Positions 23,104 through 32,745 are shown, counted from the first letter of the stretch. The stretch is 38,725 nt of DNA from a virus (IMGVR_UViG_3300014955_000002:1-38725), one strand, 5' to 3'. A program made the numbers and translations. The notes: generated by a model from the letters alone, not told the origin.

Positions 23104-24753
23104 TTAGCTCACCTTGACAGTGGTAACGCCCAGCCCAGCGTTGTCGCTGCGCCAGACCTGATACGCTTCCGTGTAGCCGGAAGCGTTGGTAAAATCGAAT
23201 GTCTTCACCTTGGAAAAGCCGCCGTCGAAGCCGCCTACATTGAAGTTGGGGGTGCCGTAGCTCACGGGGCAGCAATACCAGATGTATTCCCCGGCCCCGG
23301 CGTTGACGGAGAAGGTCTTGGCCCTGCCGCCCTGCAGGGACTTGGAAAGCCCCAGCACAAAGGCGCTGTCGATGCTGCCGCTTGCCCTGGCCCCGGTGTA
23401 CACACCGTTGTACCAGTTGATGGACACCTCCCGGCTTGCCTCCCGTCCGTGGTCGTCCGTCCCCCGGAGGGTGGCCTTTACAAAGCCGGCGCTGTGGCCG
23501 CTCATGTTCTCCCACTTGGGCTCCTGCAGCCCTGCGGTGGTGCGTACCTCCTTTGCCGGAGAAAAGCCCGTGGAAAAGTCCGTCCCGGTCAGGGTGAGGG
23601 TCTGCATCTCCGGCTCCCGGGTGTAGTCCCAGCTGGCCTCCACCCCGTTTACCACGGTGCCCACCTCCTGTATGCTCGGGACATTCAGCGCAAAGGTGGT
23701 GATGGCGATCTTCCGGTATAGGGAGAGCGTCCCGTCCTCGGCGATGTCAAAGTCCGTGCCGGGCCGGATGAGGCCCTTTTCCGTTCTCGTGGCCGTGGGC
23801 TTCAGCGTCCCCCGGTAGGTGGCGGTAATACTTCCCCTGGGGTCGGATGCCGCCCCTGTCGTGGAGGTCACCTCCCACACGCCGCCGTTTGCGGCGCTCA
23901 AGAGGAGGTCGCCGTACTGATAACTTTGGTAGACCTCTCCGCTGGTCCAGTTCACCGTCACATCCGCCAGGGCGGAGAAATGCTCGTCATTGGTGACATC
24001 CCACCAGGAGGTACCTCTCGGCCCCTGTGCGGGGTAGTCGGTCAGCACATATTCGCCCGTCTCCGCGTCCCAGAGCTCCCAATTCCGGCTCAGGTCGTCT
24101 ATCCGGGGCTGGTGGCGGTTGGCCTCCTCCGCCTTGCCGGCTGCCGTCTTGGATTCCGTGGCGGCAGCTTTGGATTCCGTGGCGGCAGCTTTGGCTTCCT
24201 CGGCGGCGTTCGCCGCGCGAGCTTGGGATTTCGCCGCCTCTGTCTGTGAGTACTCGGCGCGTCTTTCGCTCTTGGCGGCGGCCATAGCACGGCTGTCGGC
24301 TTGGGAGGCGCTGCTGGCTGCCCGGTTGGCGGCGCTCTCTGCCTGGCGCATGCTGGTGGCGGCGCCGCTTGCGCTGGAGGACGCCTTGCTGGCATCCGAT
24401 GCGGCGGCGTTGGCGCTGTTTCTCGCCTGGGTGGCGGCGCTCTGGGCATCTTCAGCGCTGTTCTTGGCCTGGGCCACATACCCGCTCTCCTGATCCTCCC
24501 GGCGCTGCTCATTCTCCTGCCGCTGCAGCTCGTTCTCCTGCCGCTGCTGCTCCGCCGCCTGGATTCCTGCCTCCGTGTCCTCCATCTCATTGATGGCGTC
24601 CACCGCCGCGTTATAGGCCGGAGCCACCAGCTGCCGTACCATGCGGTCAAAAAGCTTCTTGTTTTCCGCCGCCGATCCGGACAGGGTATCCGGCGCCGCC
24701 ACCACGCCCGCTAAATTCATTTCTTCTTCCGTGATTTTTTTCAGCTTTGCCAT
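23104..24753 (-). CDS. Tail fibre protein (549 aa): N-terminal anchor, Ala/Ser/Gln-rich coiled-coil shaft, C-terminal globular domain
   Basis: ATG at 24753 with CAGGAGGTGAGCAC upstream. Shaft contains QRQENELQRQENEQ and KAAATESKAAATESK repeats. The C-terminal ~300 aa are beta-rich. Confidence 0.8.
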   Translation of the reverse strand: MAKLKKITEEEMNLAGVVAAPDTLSGSAAENKKLFDRMVRQLVAPAYNAAVDAINEMEDTEAGIQAAEQQRQENELQRQENEQRREDQESGYVAQAKNSAEDAQSAATQARNSANAAASDASKASSSASGAATSMRQAESAANRAASSASQADSRAMAAAKSERRAEYSQTEAAKSQARAANAAEEAKAAATESKAAATESKTAAGKAEEANRHQPRIDDLSRNWELWDAETGEYVLTDYPAQGPRGTSWWDVTNDEHFSALADVTVNWTSGEVYQSYQYGDLLLSAANGGVWEVTSTTGAASDPRGSITATYRGTLKPTATRTEKGLIRPGTDFDIAEDGTLSLYRKIAITTFALNVPSIQEVGTVVNGVEASWDYTREPEMQTLTLTGTDFSTGFSPAKEVRTTAGLQEPKWENMSGHSAGFVKATLRGTDDHGREASREVSINWYNGVYTGARASGSIDSAFVLGLSKSLQGGRAKTFSVNAGAGEYIWYCCPVSYGTPNFNVGGFDGGFSKVKTFDFTNASGYTEAYQVWRSDNAGLGVTTVKVS

Positions 24754-24757
24754 GTGC

Positions 24758-26638
24758 TCACCTCCTGTAGTTGGTGCCCGGCTCCTTGTACTGCACGCCG
24801 AAGGCGTACAGGCCGAAGGGCTCGTTAATCTCATCGTTCCGCAGCCGGAAGCGGACCTTGTCTACCTTCTTCAGCTTCACCTTGCCGTATAGGGTCCGGG
24901 GCGTCTTGTCCCCGGAGAAGGAGAATTTGCCGAAGTCGATGTAGTCGAAGCTCAGGTACCGCGCCCGGCCGCCGGCATCGTATACCTCCCGCCAGTCGCC
25001 CCGCACCAGCGCGAAGATCTTCACCCCCGTCACCGGCGAGGCCGCCAGCCGGGCCGCGATTCCCGTAAAGCTCTTTGTGTGGAAAAAGAGATCTCCGTCA
25101 AAGTCCGCGGTCTCCCAGTACGCCGGGTAGGCCGCGCCGTCGTCGTTGTAGACCGCCGGCATCTCCGCGTCCGCCGCAAACCGGCAGAGCTTCCCCTCCG
25201 CCGTGCCGAAGCACAGGGCGCCGTCCGGGTCCGTGAAAACGATCCGGGCCGGGATGTCCGGAAAGTAGTAGCACTCATACTGGAAGCTGCTGTAGGGAGA
25301 ATTCTGCTCGTAGGTCTTCTGCTGCAGGTCCAGCAGGTAGATGGTCCCATCCAGGGCCAGCGCATAGAAGTCTCCGTAGATGCAGGCGCTGGCCTCTGCC
25401 CTGCCCTTCGCCTCCCGGATGGCGCTGCCGATGTAGTAGCTCCGCTCCTGGCTGTACTTCTCCCCGGTGAGCTCCTCCGCCGTGATGGCGAATACCCCCC
25501 GATCCGTCAGAAAGAGCGGCTCCTTGTCCGTCCGGCAGAAGCTGTCTGTTGCCACGGCGTTCTGGCCGATGATGGTATTGGTGATCCGGAATACCGCGTC
25601 CCCGTCCTCGTTCAGGGTGCCGGTCCGCACCACCACATTGCGCCCCTCCGCGCCGCCGGATAAAAAGGCGGCCAGGGCGTTGCTGAGCACCGTGTAGCCC
25701 ACGATGGTGCCACCGTCCCGGGATATCTTGGTGTAGCTGGTGTCCGGGAAAAAGGCGGGGTCATCAAAGGCGCTGTAGAAGTCCGTCCCCTCCTTTTCCG
25801 GGTTTCCGCTGAGAAATGCCCGGTCCGTTGCGCCGCCTACACCGTACACCGCCGGAATGGTGCAGTGGTTGATGGTGTCTGCGTAGCCCTCCCGGGTCTT
25901 GGCCGCCGTGATGCGCACATTGTCCTGCCCGGTCACCGGGCTCTCCCCCGGCGCCGTCTTAAAGCTCACCGTGCCCTTCTCCCGGTCCACGGTGAAGTCC
26001 TCCCCCTCCAGCTTTGCTGTCCAGGCGCCGTCTTGGCCCAGCACCTCCGCCGTCACGGGGTCTTGGTCCAGCTTGTCCGCGGTCAGCTGGTACACCGTCG
26101 CCTCCTTGGTGCCCAGGAAGCTCTCCGTCCACTTTTTTCCCAGGAGGTTTAGCCCCTGGTAGGCCGTCCCTCCGCCGGTGGGCCGCCGGGAGATGATCAC
26201 CGTGGGCACCGTGGCGCTGCTGCTCACCGGCTCCAGGGTCTTGCCGTCATAGACCCGGTACACGCTGCCGTCCAGGAGATAGAGCTTTTTGTCGAAAACG
26301 AAGCTCCGGCTCTTTGCGTCCGCCATGGCGCCGATCTCCTCCAGCCCCCAGCTCCCGCCGGTGACGGTCCGCCGATAGAGCTTGCCACCGGCATGCACCA
26401 GCAGCTCCGCTCCCAGCCGGTGCACGCCGTTGATGCGTCCGCCCCCGGGCGCCGTGACCATGGTGGTGTAGCCCGTGCGTTTGCGCACCTTGCCCACCTG
26501 GTCCCGGATCATGTTGGGGGCCTCCGGCGATCTCGACTTGTGTACATTGCTGGGGCTGTTGTTCAGATCCACGCCCCGGAAGGCCTCAATGACCATGCTC
26601 TGTTTCTTCGGCGCCGCCGGGATATCAAATGCCGCCAT
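24758..26638 (-). CDS. Putative tail tubular protein B / nozzle (626 aa, beta-propeller-like repeats)
   Basis: Position directly after the adaptor-like gene. Recurrent G.lY..dG..y blades (GGKLYRRT, KKLYLLDGSVYRVYDG, DGTIYLLD, EGKLCRF). The function is an inference from synteny with T7-type podoviruses. Confidence 0.5.
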   Translation of the reverse strand: MAAFDIPAAPKKQSMVIEAFRGVDLNNSPSNVHKSRSPEAPNMIRDQVGKVRKRTGYTTMVTAPGGGRINGVHRLGAELLVHAGGKLYRRTVTGGSWGLEEIGAMADAKSRSFVFDKKLYLLDGSVYRVYDGKTLEPVSSSATVPTVIISRRPTGGGTAYQGLNLLGKKWTESFLGTKEATVYQLTADKLDQDPVTAEVLGQDGAWTAKLEGEDFTVDREKGTVSFKTAPGESPVTGQDNVRITAAKTREGYADTINHCTIPAVYGVGGATDRAFLSGNPEKEGTDFYSAFDDPAFFPDTSYTKISRDGGTIVGYTVLSNALAAFLSGGAEGRNVVVRTGTLNEDGDAVFRITNTIIGQNAVATDSFCRTDKEPLFLTDRGVFAITAEELTGEKYSQERSYYIGSAIREAKGRAEASACIYGDFYALALDGTIYLLDLQQKTYEQNSPYSSFQYECYYFPDIPARIVFTDPDGALCFGTAEGKLCRFAADAEMPAVYNDDGAAYPAYWETADFDGDLFFHTKSFTGIAARLAASPVTGVKIFALVRGDWREVYDAGGRARYLSFDYIDFGKFSFSGDKTPRTLYGKVKLKKVDKVRFRLRNDEINEPFGLYAFGVQYKEPGTNYRR

Positions 26639-26641
26639 CTC

Positions 26642-27298
26642 TTACCACCACCCTGTCGTATTACGCACAGCAGCGGCGCGGAAGCCCGCTCCGCTGCTTG
26701 CGAATGCCGTTTGCACTTTTACAAGTCCGTCCTCGTACTCGTTGCGCAGGATGGTGGCGATCTGGGCGTCATCCTCCTTGTAGAGCTCCGCCGCGATGTA
26801 CAGGGGGATGAGGGCAGCCGCCTCCGGCGCCATATCCACCTCCAGGTCGTCCGGCGTCCCCGCCGTGATCTTTTGCGGATAGGCCCTGTACCACAGGGTA
26901 TAGGTGCCCTCTTTTTCCCCCGGCAGCAGGAGGGTGCTGTCCCCCTCCCGCCCGGTGTCCTGCGCCGCCCCGTAGGTCCGCCCGTCATCCAGCTTTACAT
27001 CGTCAATGCACCGGAAGCGGGGCAGGTAGTCCGCGAGGCAAACCTTGTAGGTGCCTTTCTTGGCCGGCAGCAGCAGCCCCTTTTCATCGGCCGCTTCCTC
27101 CTCCGCCGCAGCGGACACGGTGATCTGCCAGCTTTTTAGGATGGGTCGGCCCACCAGGGCGATCTGGTGCATCGCCTCGTTGGCCTTGGCAGGCATGGCA
27201 TTGATGTAGTCGCGGTTGGTGTCGTCCACCGTCAGCGCCACGCCCTCGTTGGAGAACATGGTCTGCAGCGCTGCCAGCTTGATCTCTCCCCATGTCAT
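26642..27298 (-). CDS. Putative head-tail adaptor / tail tubular protein A (218 aa)
   Basis: Immediately downstream of the major capsid gene. RBS AAAAGGAGGGGTAGGGC. Function inferred from position only. Confidence 0.45.
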   Translation of the reverse strand: MTWGEIKLAALQTMFSNEGVALTVDDTNRDYINAMPAKANEAMHQIALVGRPILKSWQITVSAAAEEEAADEKGLLLPAKKGTYKVCLADYLPRFRCIDDVKLDDGRTYGAAQDTGREGDSTLLLPGEKEGTYTLWYRAYPQKITAGTPDDLEVDMAPEAAALIPLYIAAELYKEDDAQIATILRNEYEDGLVKVQTAFASSGAGFRAAAVRNTTGWW

Positions 27299-27316
27299 GC
27301 CCTACCCCTCCTTTTT

Positions 27317-28330
27317 TCAGGTCAGGGCGGTACCGCCGGTGATGTTGCCGGCCGCCGCAAAGCGCCAGTCGGCAAAGCCCGCGCCGCAGCGGGAGTATCC
27401 CTGCCACACATTGTTGTCGTTGTTGTTGTCGATGATGCTCTTGACCTCCAGCTTCACCCGATCCTGGAAGATGGCGCCGTCGCCCAGCTCCAGGAACTTG
27501 CTGTCCAGCAGGAAGAAGGGCTTCTCGTTGGCATGGCCCGCCTCCGCCAGGGCGATGTTCAGATAGGGGTCCACGATGATGTTCCACCGGCCGAACTGGT
27601 AGTTGAAGGCGTTGTTGGAGGTGGTGGGCTCCTTGTCCGCGCCCACGGCGGCAAACACGGCCCGCTTCAGGGCGGCGTCGTTGGGGATCCAGATGGTATC
27701 CGGGGCAATGGCCAGCAGCTCGCCGTTGTCGCCCTTGATGTTCTGCATCTCGGTCTCGATCTTGTCCAGCACATCGGCGCTGAATTCGCCGGCGTAGAGA
27801 TTGCTCTGTTTTTTGCCGTTGACCTTGTTGGGGTGCTGCTTGCTGAAAAGGGGCAGGCCGTCCGCGGCGGCGCAGCTGAAGAGCTTGCCGCCGAAGGCCG
27901 CCGTGGTGCCGTAAAGGCCGCCGGCATAGAGCGCCCGGCCGAACTTCTCCCGGGTCCGCGCGTGGGAGGTCATCAGCTTGTTGGCCCGCTGGCGGATGGT
28001 GCCCATCATGCAGTCCTCCACCATCTCCCGGGTCACGGAAAAGCTGTTCTTCCAGGTCATGTTCTCAATGTCCTTGGCATAGCCCTCCTGGAAGCCGGTC
28101 TTGGGATAGTCGCCGCCCTCGCCCACGGGGATAAAGTCGTCCATGGCGGTCTCGCTGGTGTAGCGCTCCGCCCAGTGGCGGCTCTTTTCCATGCGGTAAA
28201 GGTACTTCAGCAGGCTCTCCTGCTCAAAGGCCTCGGCCCGCTGCTCCAGGTATGCCTTGATGGGCACCTGGGCATTGCCGTAGATGCTGTCGTTCAGGCC
28301 GCTGCCGATAGATACGGTAATTGCACTCAT
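27317..28330 (-). CDS. Major capsid protein (337 aa, HK97-fold-type by context)
   Basis: Follows the scaffold and decoration-like genes. Size and composition are typical. A strong RBS region, GAGAAAGGAGAAAAAGAGAC, lies upstream of ATG 28330. Confidence 0.8.
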   Translation of the reverse strand: MSAITVSIGSGLNDSIYGNAQVPIKAYLEQRAEAFEQESLLKYLYRMEKSRHWAERYTSETAMDDFIPVGEGGDYPKTGFQEGYAKDIENMTWKNSFSVTREMVEDCMMGTIRQRANKLMTSHARTREKFGRALYAGGLYGTTAAFGGKLFSCAAADGLPLFSKQHPNKVNGKKQSNLYAGEFSADVLDKIETEMQNIKGDNGELLAIAPDTIWIPNDAALKRAVFAAVGADKEPTTSNNAFNYQFGRWNIIVDPYLNIALAEAGHANEKPFFLLDSKFLELGDGAIFQDRVKLEVKSIIDNNNDNNVWQGYSRCGAGFADWRFAAAGNITGGTALT

Positions 28331-28351
28331 GTCTCTTTTTCTCCTTTCTCG

Positions 28352-28741
28352 TTAAAACTTCACGGTGACCCGGCTGCCGACAGTCTGGCCGTCAATGCCG
28401 GTGATCTCCGCGGTGCCGCCGGTCTTGGTGGCGGTGACCTGCAGGCCGTCCGTGTGCAGCGTTACCTTGTCCCCCGGGACCAGGGTGCTGCTGTCGGCGG
28501 GAGCTGCGGCCAGGGTGGTCTCAAACTCCATGTACTTCTGCACCTCCACGCAGGGCACAGAGCCGTGCGTGTTCACCGGGCCCACGCACACATAGTCGGG
28601 GGTCACGGCGCCGCTGGCCTTGGTCACCTTGCCGGAGGCCACCTTCAGCGCCTCGCCCACGGTGTAGCTCTCCCCCTCCGTGGGCTCCATATACACGATA
28701 GGGGGCGTCAGCCCTACCGCCATTCTGCAAAGCATAAACAT
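28352..28741 (-). CDS. Putative head decoration / cement protein (129 aa, DUF2190-like pattern)
   Basis: ATG at 28741 with GGAAAGGAAAAGAGAC upstream. PGDKVTLHTDGLQVTATKTGGTAEITGIDGQTVGSRVTVKF resembles small beta-barrel decoration proteins found between scaffold and capsid genes. Confidence 0.55.
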   Translation of the reverse strand: MFMLCRMAVGLTPPIVYMEPTEGESYTVGEALKVASGKVTKASGAVTPDYVCVGPVNTHGSVPCVEVQKYMEFETTLAAAPADSSTLVPGDKVTLHTDGLQVTATKTGGTAEITGIDGQTVGSRVTVKF

Positions 28742-28770
28742 GTCTCTTTTCCTTTCCGCCCGCAAAGGGC

Positions 28771-29667
28771 TTACGAATTGTTTTTGTGGTAGGCAGCATA
28801 GGCCGCGTTGATCTCCTCATCCGTTGCCTCCGGGAGCATCTCCCGGTATGCCGCTTTTTCCTGGGGCGATGCCGTATAGGGTGCCTCCCCGCTTGCCGCC
28901 GGCACCGCCGCCAGGTGTCTTTTTCCGCTGGCCTGCTTGATGCCGGCCTGCCGGGCCGCCTCCATGCGCCGCTGGTCGATGGCGTCACGGTTGGCCATGT
29001 AAAAGGCGTCCTCGATGGACAGCCCTTTTTGCACATAGTCGTTAAAGGCCGCCCCGGTGGGCATGGCCACGATGTCCTCCAGGGTGCTGACGGAGCTGTC
29101 GTACCGGGTCCGCACCGCCTCTACGCCGCTGCGGATGGTGTTCATGGCGGACTCCTCCGCCGCCCGGGCCTCGGCGTTCACGCGCTGCAGGTCCTGCTGC
29201 TCCAGCTGCTCCCGCAGGGGCTTTACGGCGTTGTCCACCATCCCCTGCAGCGCCGCCGGGTCGAGCCCGGCCTCCCGCATCTGCTGCTCCCGCTCCTGCT
29301 GATCCCTGGCCTCCTTGTAGGCCCGGTAATCCGCCTCCGTGCGGATGGGCTGCCCGGTGTAGGGGTTTGTCTGCTGGCCAAAGAGCTCTGCATACACGGC
29401 ATCCACCCGCTCCTGGGCCGCCGCCGTCATGGCGTTCCTCTCCGCCTCCCGTTCCCGGGCCCGTCGTCCGTAGGCCTGCCGGTGCCTCTCCTGGGCATCC
29501 TGCTCTCTGGCCGCCGGCTCCGCCGGTTCCGTCTCCGGCTCCGCCGCCGTTTCCGTCTCCTCCGTCTCCGGCTCCGCCGGTCCGTTCTGCAGGGTCTCCT
29601 CCGTTTCCGGCTCTGCCGGCAGCTCCACGCCAAAGGCCTGGGCGTAATCCATCTCCGTCATTTCCAT
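28771..29667 (-). CDS. Scaffolding protein (298 aa)
   Basis: Highly acidic PETEE-repeat N-terminus and a long Gln/Glu/Arg-rich helical region. Position is upstream of the capsid gene. RBS AAAGGAGAAAAACC. Confidence 0.7.
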   Translation of the reverse strand: MEMTEMDYAQAFGVELPAEPETEETLQNGPAEPETEETETAAEPETEPAEPAAREQDAQERHRQAYGRRAREREAERNAMTAAAQERVDAVYAELFGQQTNPYTGQPIRTEADYRAYKEARDQQEREQQMREAGLDPAALQGMVDNAVKPLREQLEQQDLQRVNAEARAAEESAMNTIRSGVEAVRTRYDSSVSTLEDIVAMPTGAAFNDYVQKGLSIEDAFYMANRDAIDQRRMEAARQAGIKQASGKRHLAAVPAASGEAPYTASPQEKAAYREMLPEATDEEINAAYAAYHKNNS

Positions 29668-29761
29668 GGTTTTTCTCCTTTCCGATTTTTCCGCGTTCGG
29701 TGCGAAGGTGCCCTTTTCCGCCGGGCCAAGCGAAATGTGCCGGCATCACCGGCGCTGCGGC

Positions 29762-29914
29762 TTACTTGTCCTTCTTGCCGCCGGTGCCGGTGCGCAGATC
29801 CGTGCCGGTGTAGCGCACCTGGCCCTTCCGGGTGGGCGCTTCCTTCTTGGCCGGCGCTTCCACCCGCTGGCTGCCGGTGTTGGCGATCTTGCCGCTGTAG
29901 CCGTTGTTCTTCAT
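29762..29914 (-). CDS. Small basic protein (50 aa; below the ORF-track cutoff)
   Basis: ATG at 29914 with AAAGGAGTAAGGGAAC upstream. MKNNGYSGKIANTGSQRVEAPAKKEAPTRKGQVRYTGTDLRTGTGGKKDK. GC3-rich codons like its neighbours. The 123-aa track ORF here is in a different, Arg/Gly-rich frame. Confidence 0.5.
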   Translation of the reverse strand: MKNNGYSGKIANTGSQRVEAPAKKEAPTRKGQVRYTGTDLRTGTGGKKDK

Positions 29915-30097
29915 GTTCCCTTACTCCTTTCTTCCGTTTTCGGGTCTTTTCCGCCGTCCCGCCGGCGAAGATGTGCTTTTCCCGAGGCGCTGCGGTGGAT
30001 GCCCCGTGCTGTCGGGGCCACCCACCCAAAAAGCATGTAGGAGGAACTACATGGCTCGGGTGATGTGCGTATCACCCACCGCAGCGTCCCGGTGTCG

Positions 30098-30250
30098 TCA
30101 GCTCTCCTGGGGAGCCGTCTTTTTCTTCAGCCGCCGGTCATACCGGGGGCACTGGGGGTTTCGGCATACATACTCCGTCTCCTCCACCCCGTTTTTGTCC
30201 ACCGCGGCGGTGTAGATCATCATCTCCAGGTCACAGGCCGGGCATTTCAT
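30098..30250 (-). CDS. Small zinc-ribbon protein (50 aa; below the ORF-track cutoff)
   Basis: ATG at 30250 with GGAGGGAGGTGCGGCGG upstream, overlapping the portal 3' end by 20 nt. MKCPACDLEMMIYTAAVDKNGVEETEYVCRNPQCPRYDRRLKKKTAPQES (CxxC...CxxxxC). Confidence 0.55.
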   Translation of the reverse strand: MKCPACDLEMMIYTAAVDKNGVEETEYVCRNPQCPRYDRRLKKKTAPQES

Positions 30251-32138
30251 CCGCCGCACCTCCCTCCAAAGCCGCTTCCGGCAGCTCCTCCGCCGGCATC
30301 CGGTCTCCCATCTCCTGCTGCTCCCGCAAGCTCTTCACCATGTCCCCGGCCATGGGGTAGTGTAGCTTCTCCATCTGCTCCCAAAAGCGCACCAGTGTGG
30401 TCAGCTCCGTGGGGTTGCCCATGGCGCCCTCCTGGAAATTCAGCCGGGCCTCCTTCCACATGGCCTGGCGGTCCGAGGCCAGGGGTGCCGAGCCGTCGCA
30501 GGAAAAAAGGAAGTCTGTGTTGTACTGCCACTCCCCCGCCTGGTCCAGGTACAGGAAGTCGTGGCGGTCAAAGACGGTGTACTCCGTGTCGCCGTGCTCG
30601 TTGACGGTGCGGATGCTCCGGGGCTCGTCGCAGTAGGCCAGCATCCACTTGAAGATGATCTCGAAAAGGTCCTGGTACAGGGCCTTTTTCATGACCCGCT
30701 TGCTCTCCATCCGCCCCGCCGCCTGCTGGGCGGAGAATTCCTTGGCCACGGCGCTGGTGGCCGTGGGGTCTTTCCGCCCCTGGAGGGAGTCCGTCACGCC
30801 GATGGTCTGCCGGGCCTGCTCGTAGAGCTGCCCCATCAGGGCCAGGTCCGTCCCCACATCCACCTGGGTGTTAAAGGTGCGGATCATCTCCAGCTCCCGG
30901 TTGTTCTCCACCTCCACCCGCACGCCGTCCCGGTCCGTGATAAAGTCCGCCCCCTTGGGCACCGTGGTAAAGGAGCCGCCGGAGAGGACCTTGGTATTTA
31001 GCTTGGTGCAGATCTTGTTCAGGGAGTTCTGCTGGTCGAAAATGGCGTCTAAGTCGCTGGAGCCCCAGAAGCGCCCGGGCATGCTGACATTTTTCCGGAT
31101 CACCAGTGGGAATACATCCGGCTTGTAGTAGGGGATCCGGGTGGGCTCCCTCCTGACGGCGGCCGCAAAGCCGCTGACCGCGCCGCCCGCCGGCAGCAGC
31201 TGGGGCAAAAGCCCCTCCGGCTCTGCATAGATGGGCTGCCCCAGCTCGTCCCGTACCTCGCTCTCCGCCGGGATGCTCTCGCCGTGGTGCCGCTGGAGGT
31301 CGCCGGTGAGCTCCTCGTACTCCATGACCTCCTCGTCAAACTTCGTCCCGCCGCAGAAGCTGCAGCGCTTGCCGTTGCCGATGGCCCCGCAGGCCCGGCA
31401 CCGGTGCACCCGCCGCTGCTGGTAGTCCTCCAGATCCTCCAGCACGGTGTCATTTACCCACCGCAGGCGGCCGATGCCGCCCTGGTCGTTTCGATAATAG
31501 GCCGTCACCATGGTCACCAGCTCGTCCGTGGTGTCCTGGCCGGCTCCCAGCTGCCGGGCGCCGGGGTCGCTCTCCCCCTCGTCCGCCACGCTGACGCCGT
31601 AGAGCTTCCCGATCTGCCGCTTGGTCTGGGGCGTCTTTAGGAAAAAATAATCCATGTCCGGGATCTGCGTCATCCCCGCCTGGGGCACGATGCCGTAGGG
31701 GTGCACCATGCTGACCTTCAGGTCCCCCAGCCAGTCCTTCCCGCTGATCTCGTCGGACCAGTCCACCAGCAGGCCATAGCCGCCCTGCACCGGGCTCAGC
31801 CGCTCCCCCTCGTCGTTGATGCGCTCGGAGGGCAGGCGGTCCATCACATCCCGCAGCATGGCCTCGATGATGCCCGCCAGCTCCTCGTCCTCCTCCCGCA
31901 CCGCCGTCACCTTGGGCGACGGGATGGAGGTGTCCACCTGGGTCTCCACCATCTCAAAGCTCACATTCCGCACATGACTGGCCTGCTCCTTGGCCTTGGC
32001 CCCGTCAGGGCTGTAGATGTCGTGGCTGCCTTCGTATTGCTGCTCCCGCCGGAGCATCTTTGCCCGTTCCCCGGCGATGGCTGTCTCTGCCATCCGAAGC
32101 CGCTCCTGCCAGCGCAGCAGATCCTTTTTCTTTTCCAT
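30231..32138 (-). CDS. Portal protein (635 aa) with an internal zinc-ribbon insertion
   Basis: ATG at 32138 with GAGGAGGAAGGAC upstream, 11 nt after the TerS stop. Size, position and the helical C-terminal region are typical of portals. Insertion: HRCRACGAIGNGKRCSFCGG. Confidence 0.8.
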   Translation of the reverse strand: MEKKKDLLRWQERLRMAETAIAGERAKMLRREQQYEGSHDIYSPDGAKAKEQASHVRNVSFEMVETQVDTSIPSPKVTAVREEDEELAGIIEAMLRDVMDRLPSERINDEGERLSPVQGGYGLLVDWSDEISGKDWLGDLKVSMVHPYGIVPQAGMTQIPDMDYFFLKTPQTKRQIGKLYGVSVADEGESDPGARQLGAGQDTTDELVTMVTAYYRNDQGGIGRLRWVNDTVLEDLEDYQQRRVHRCRACGAIGNGKRCSFCGGTKFDEEVMEYEELTGDLQRHHGESIPAESEVRDELGQPIYAEPEGLLPQLLPAGGAVSGFAAAVRREPTRIPYYKPDVFPLVIRKNVSMPGRFWGSSDLDAIFDQQNSLNKICTKLNTKVLSGGSFTTVPKGADFITDRDGVRVEVENNRELEMIRTFNTQVDVGTDLALMGQLYEQARQTIGVTDSLQGRKDPTATSAVAKEFSAQQAAGRMESKRVMKKALYQDLFEIIFKWMLAYCDEPRSIRTVNEHGDTEYTVFDRHDFLYLDQAGEWQYNTDFLFSCDGSAPLASDRQAMWKEARLNFQEGAMGNPTELTTLVRFWEQMEKLHYPMAGDMVKSLREQQEMGDRMPAEELPEAALEGGAADEMPGL

Positions 32139-32149
32139 GTCCTTCCTCC

Positions 32150-32584
32150 TCAAAATTCACGCTGCCCGCCGGCCAGCATGGCCTCATAGTCGGCGCCGCC
32201 GTCCTCTGCGGGCTCCGTCAGCTCCAGCATCTTGCTCAAAAGCTCCGCGCCCTTGTAAAAGCCCCGCTCGTTCTGCATCCACAGGCCGTCCGGCTCGTAC
32301 TCCCGCGTGGCGCTGTTCCACACCATGTGGGGCTCTCCGCCCCGGCAGCGCTGCATCATCTCGTAGACCTCCGCCGCCAGGGAGTGCCTGGTAACGCCCA
32401 GGGCCTCAAATTCCTGCTTCAGCAGCTCGTTTCTGTATTCCTGCACCTCCGGCAGGTGCATCAGGCGGCTGGCCTGCTGTGCCGCCGTTTTTTCGCTGTA
32501 TCCGGCCCGGATGGCCGCCCGGGTGGCGTTGTGATCCCGGAGCCATTCCCGGACAAATCCCCTTTGCCTATCGTTCAGCACCAC
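32150..32584 (-). CDS. terS: Terminase small subunit (Terminase_2/P27-like), 144 aa
   Basis: LNDRQRGFVREWLRDHNATRAAIRAGYSEKTAAQQASRLMHLPEVQEY matches the Terminase_2 N-terminal HTH pattern (kq..F..eyl...Nat.Aa..AGYs.ktA...asrLl....v). Directly upstream of the portal. Confidence 0.85.
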   Translation of the reverse strand: MVLNDRQRGFVREWLRDHNATRAAIRAGYSEKTAAQQASRLMHLPEVQEYRNELLKQEFEALGVTRHSLAAEVYEMMQRCRGGEPHMVWNSATREYEPDGLWMQNERGFYKGAELLSKMLELTEPAEDGGADYEAMLAGGQREF

Positions 32585-32745
32585 GCCCCCTCCCTTCTGC
32601 GGATCCTTCTTTTCACGCTATCATGGTAGCATGGCCGGACTGCCCGTTATCGCCAGTCTTTTCCCGCAAAGAAACGCGCCGCAAACCGTTGTGTACAAAC
32701 GGCCCGCAGCGCGTCCTATCCCCTTTTTTCGTTCCCCCGAATTTT

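Noticed and set aside
22874-23515. 213-aa track ORF overlapping the tail-fibre gene
   Set aside because: Its upstream two-thirds is out of frame within the fibre gene 3' end and is Arg/Gly/Gln-rich. Only the last 71 codons, preceded by AAGGAGG, look like a real gene (22874..23089).
19886-24753. Possibility of a diversity-generating retroelement acting on the fibre / receptor-binding genes
   Set aside because: No reverse transcriptase ORF (no YxDD-type motif) was seen anywhere in the window, and no template/variable repeat pair was seen.
25091-25108. ADFDGD in the 626-aa protein, which resembles the NADFDGD catalytic motif of multisubunit RNA polymerases (as in crAss-like virion RNAPs)
   Set aside because: This is an isolated hexapeptide within a beta-propeller-like repeat context near the C-terminus. 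No other double-psi beta-barrel motifs are evident, and the gene position fits a tail nozzle.
29658-30029. 123-aa track ORF in the portal-scaffold gap
   Set aside because: Its composition is extremely Arg/Gly/His-rich and it has no RBS. A different frame contains a well-initiated 50-aa ORF (29762..29914).
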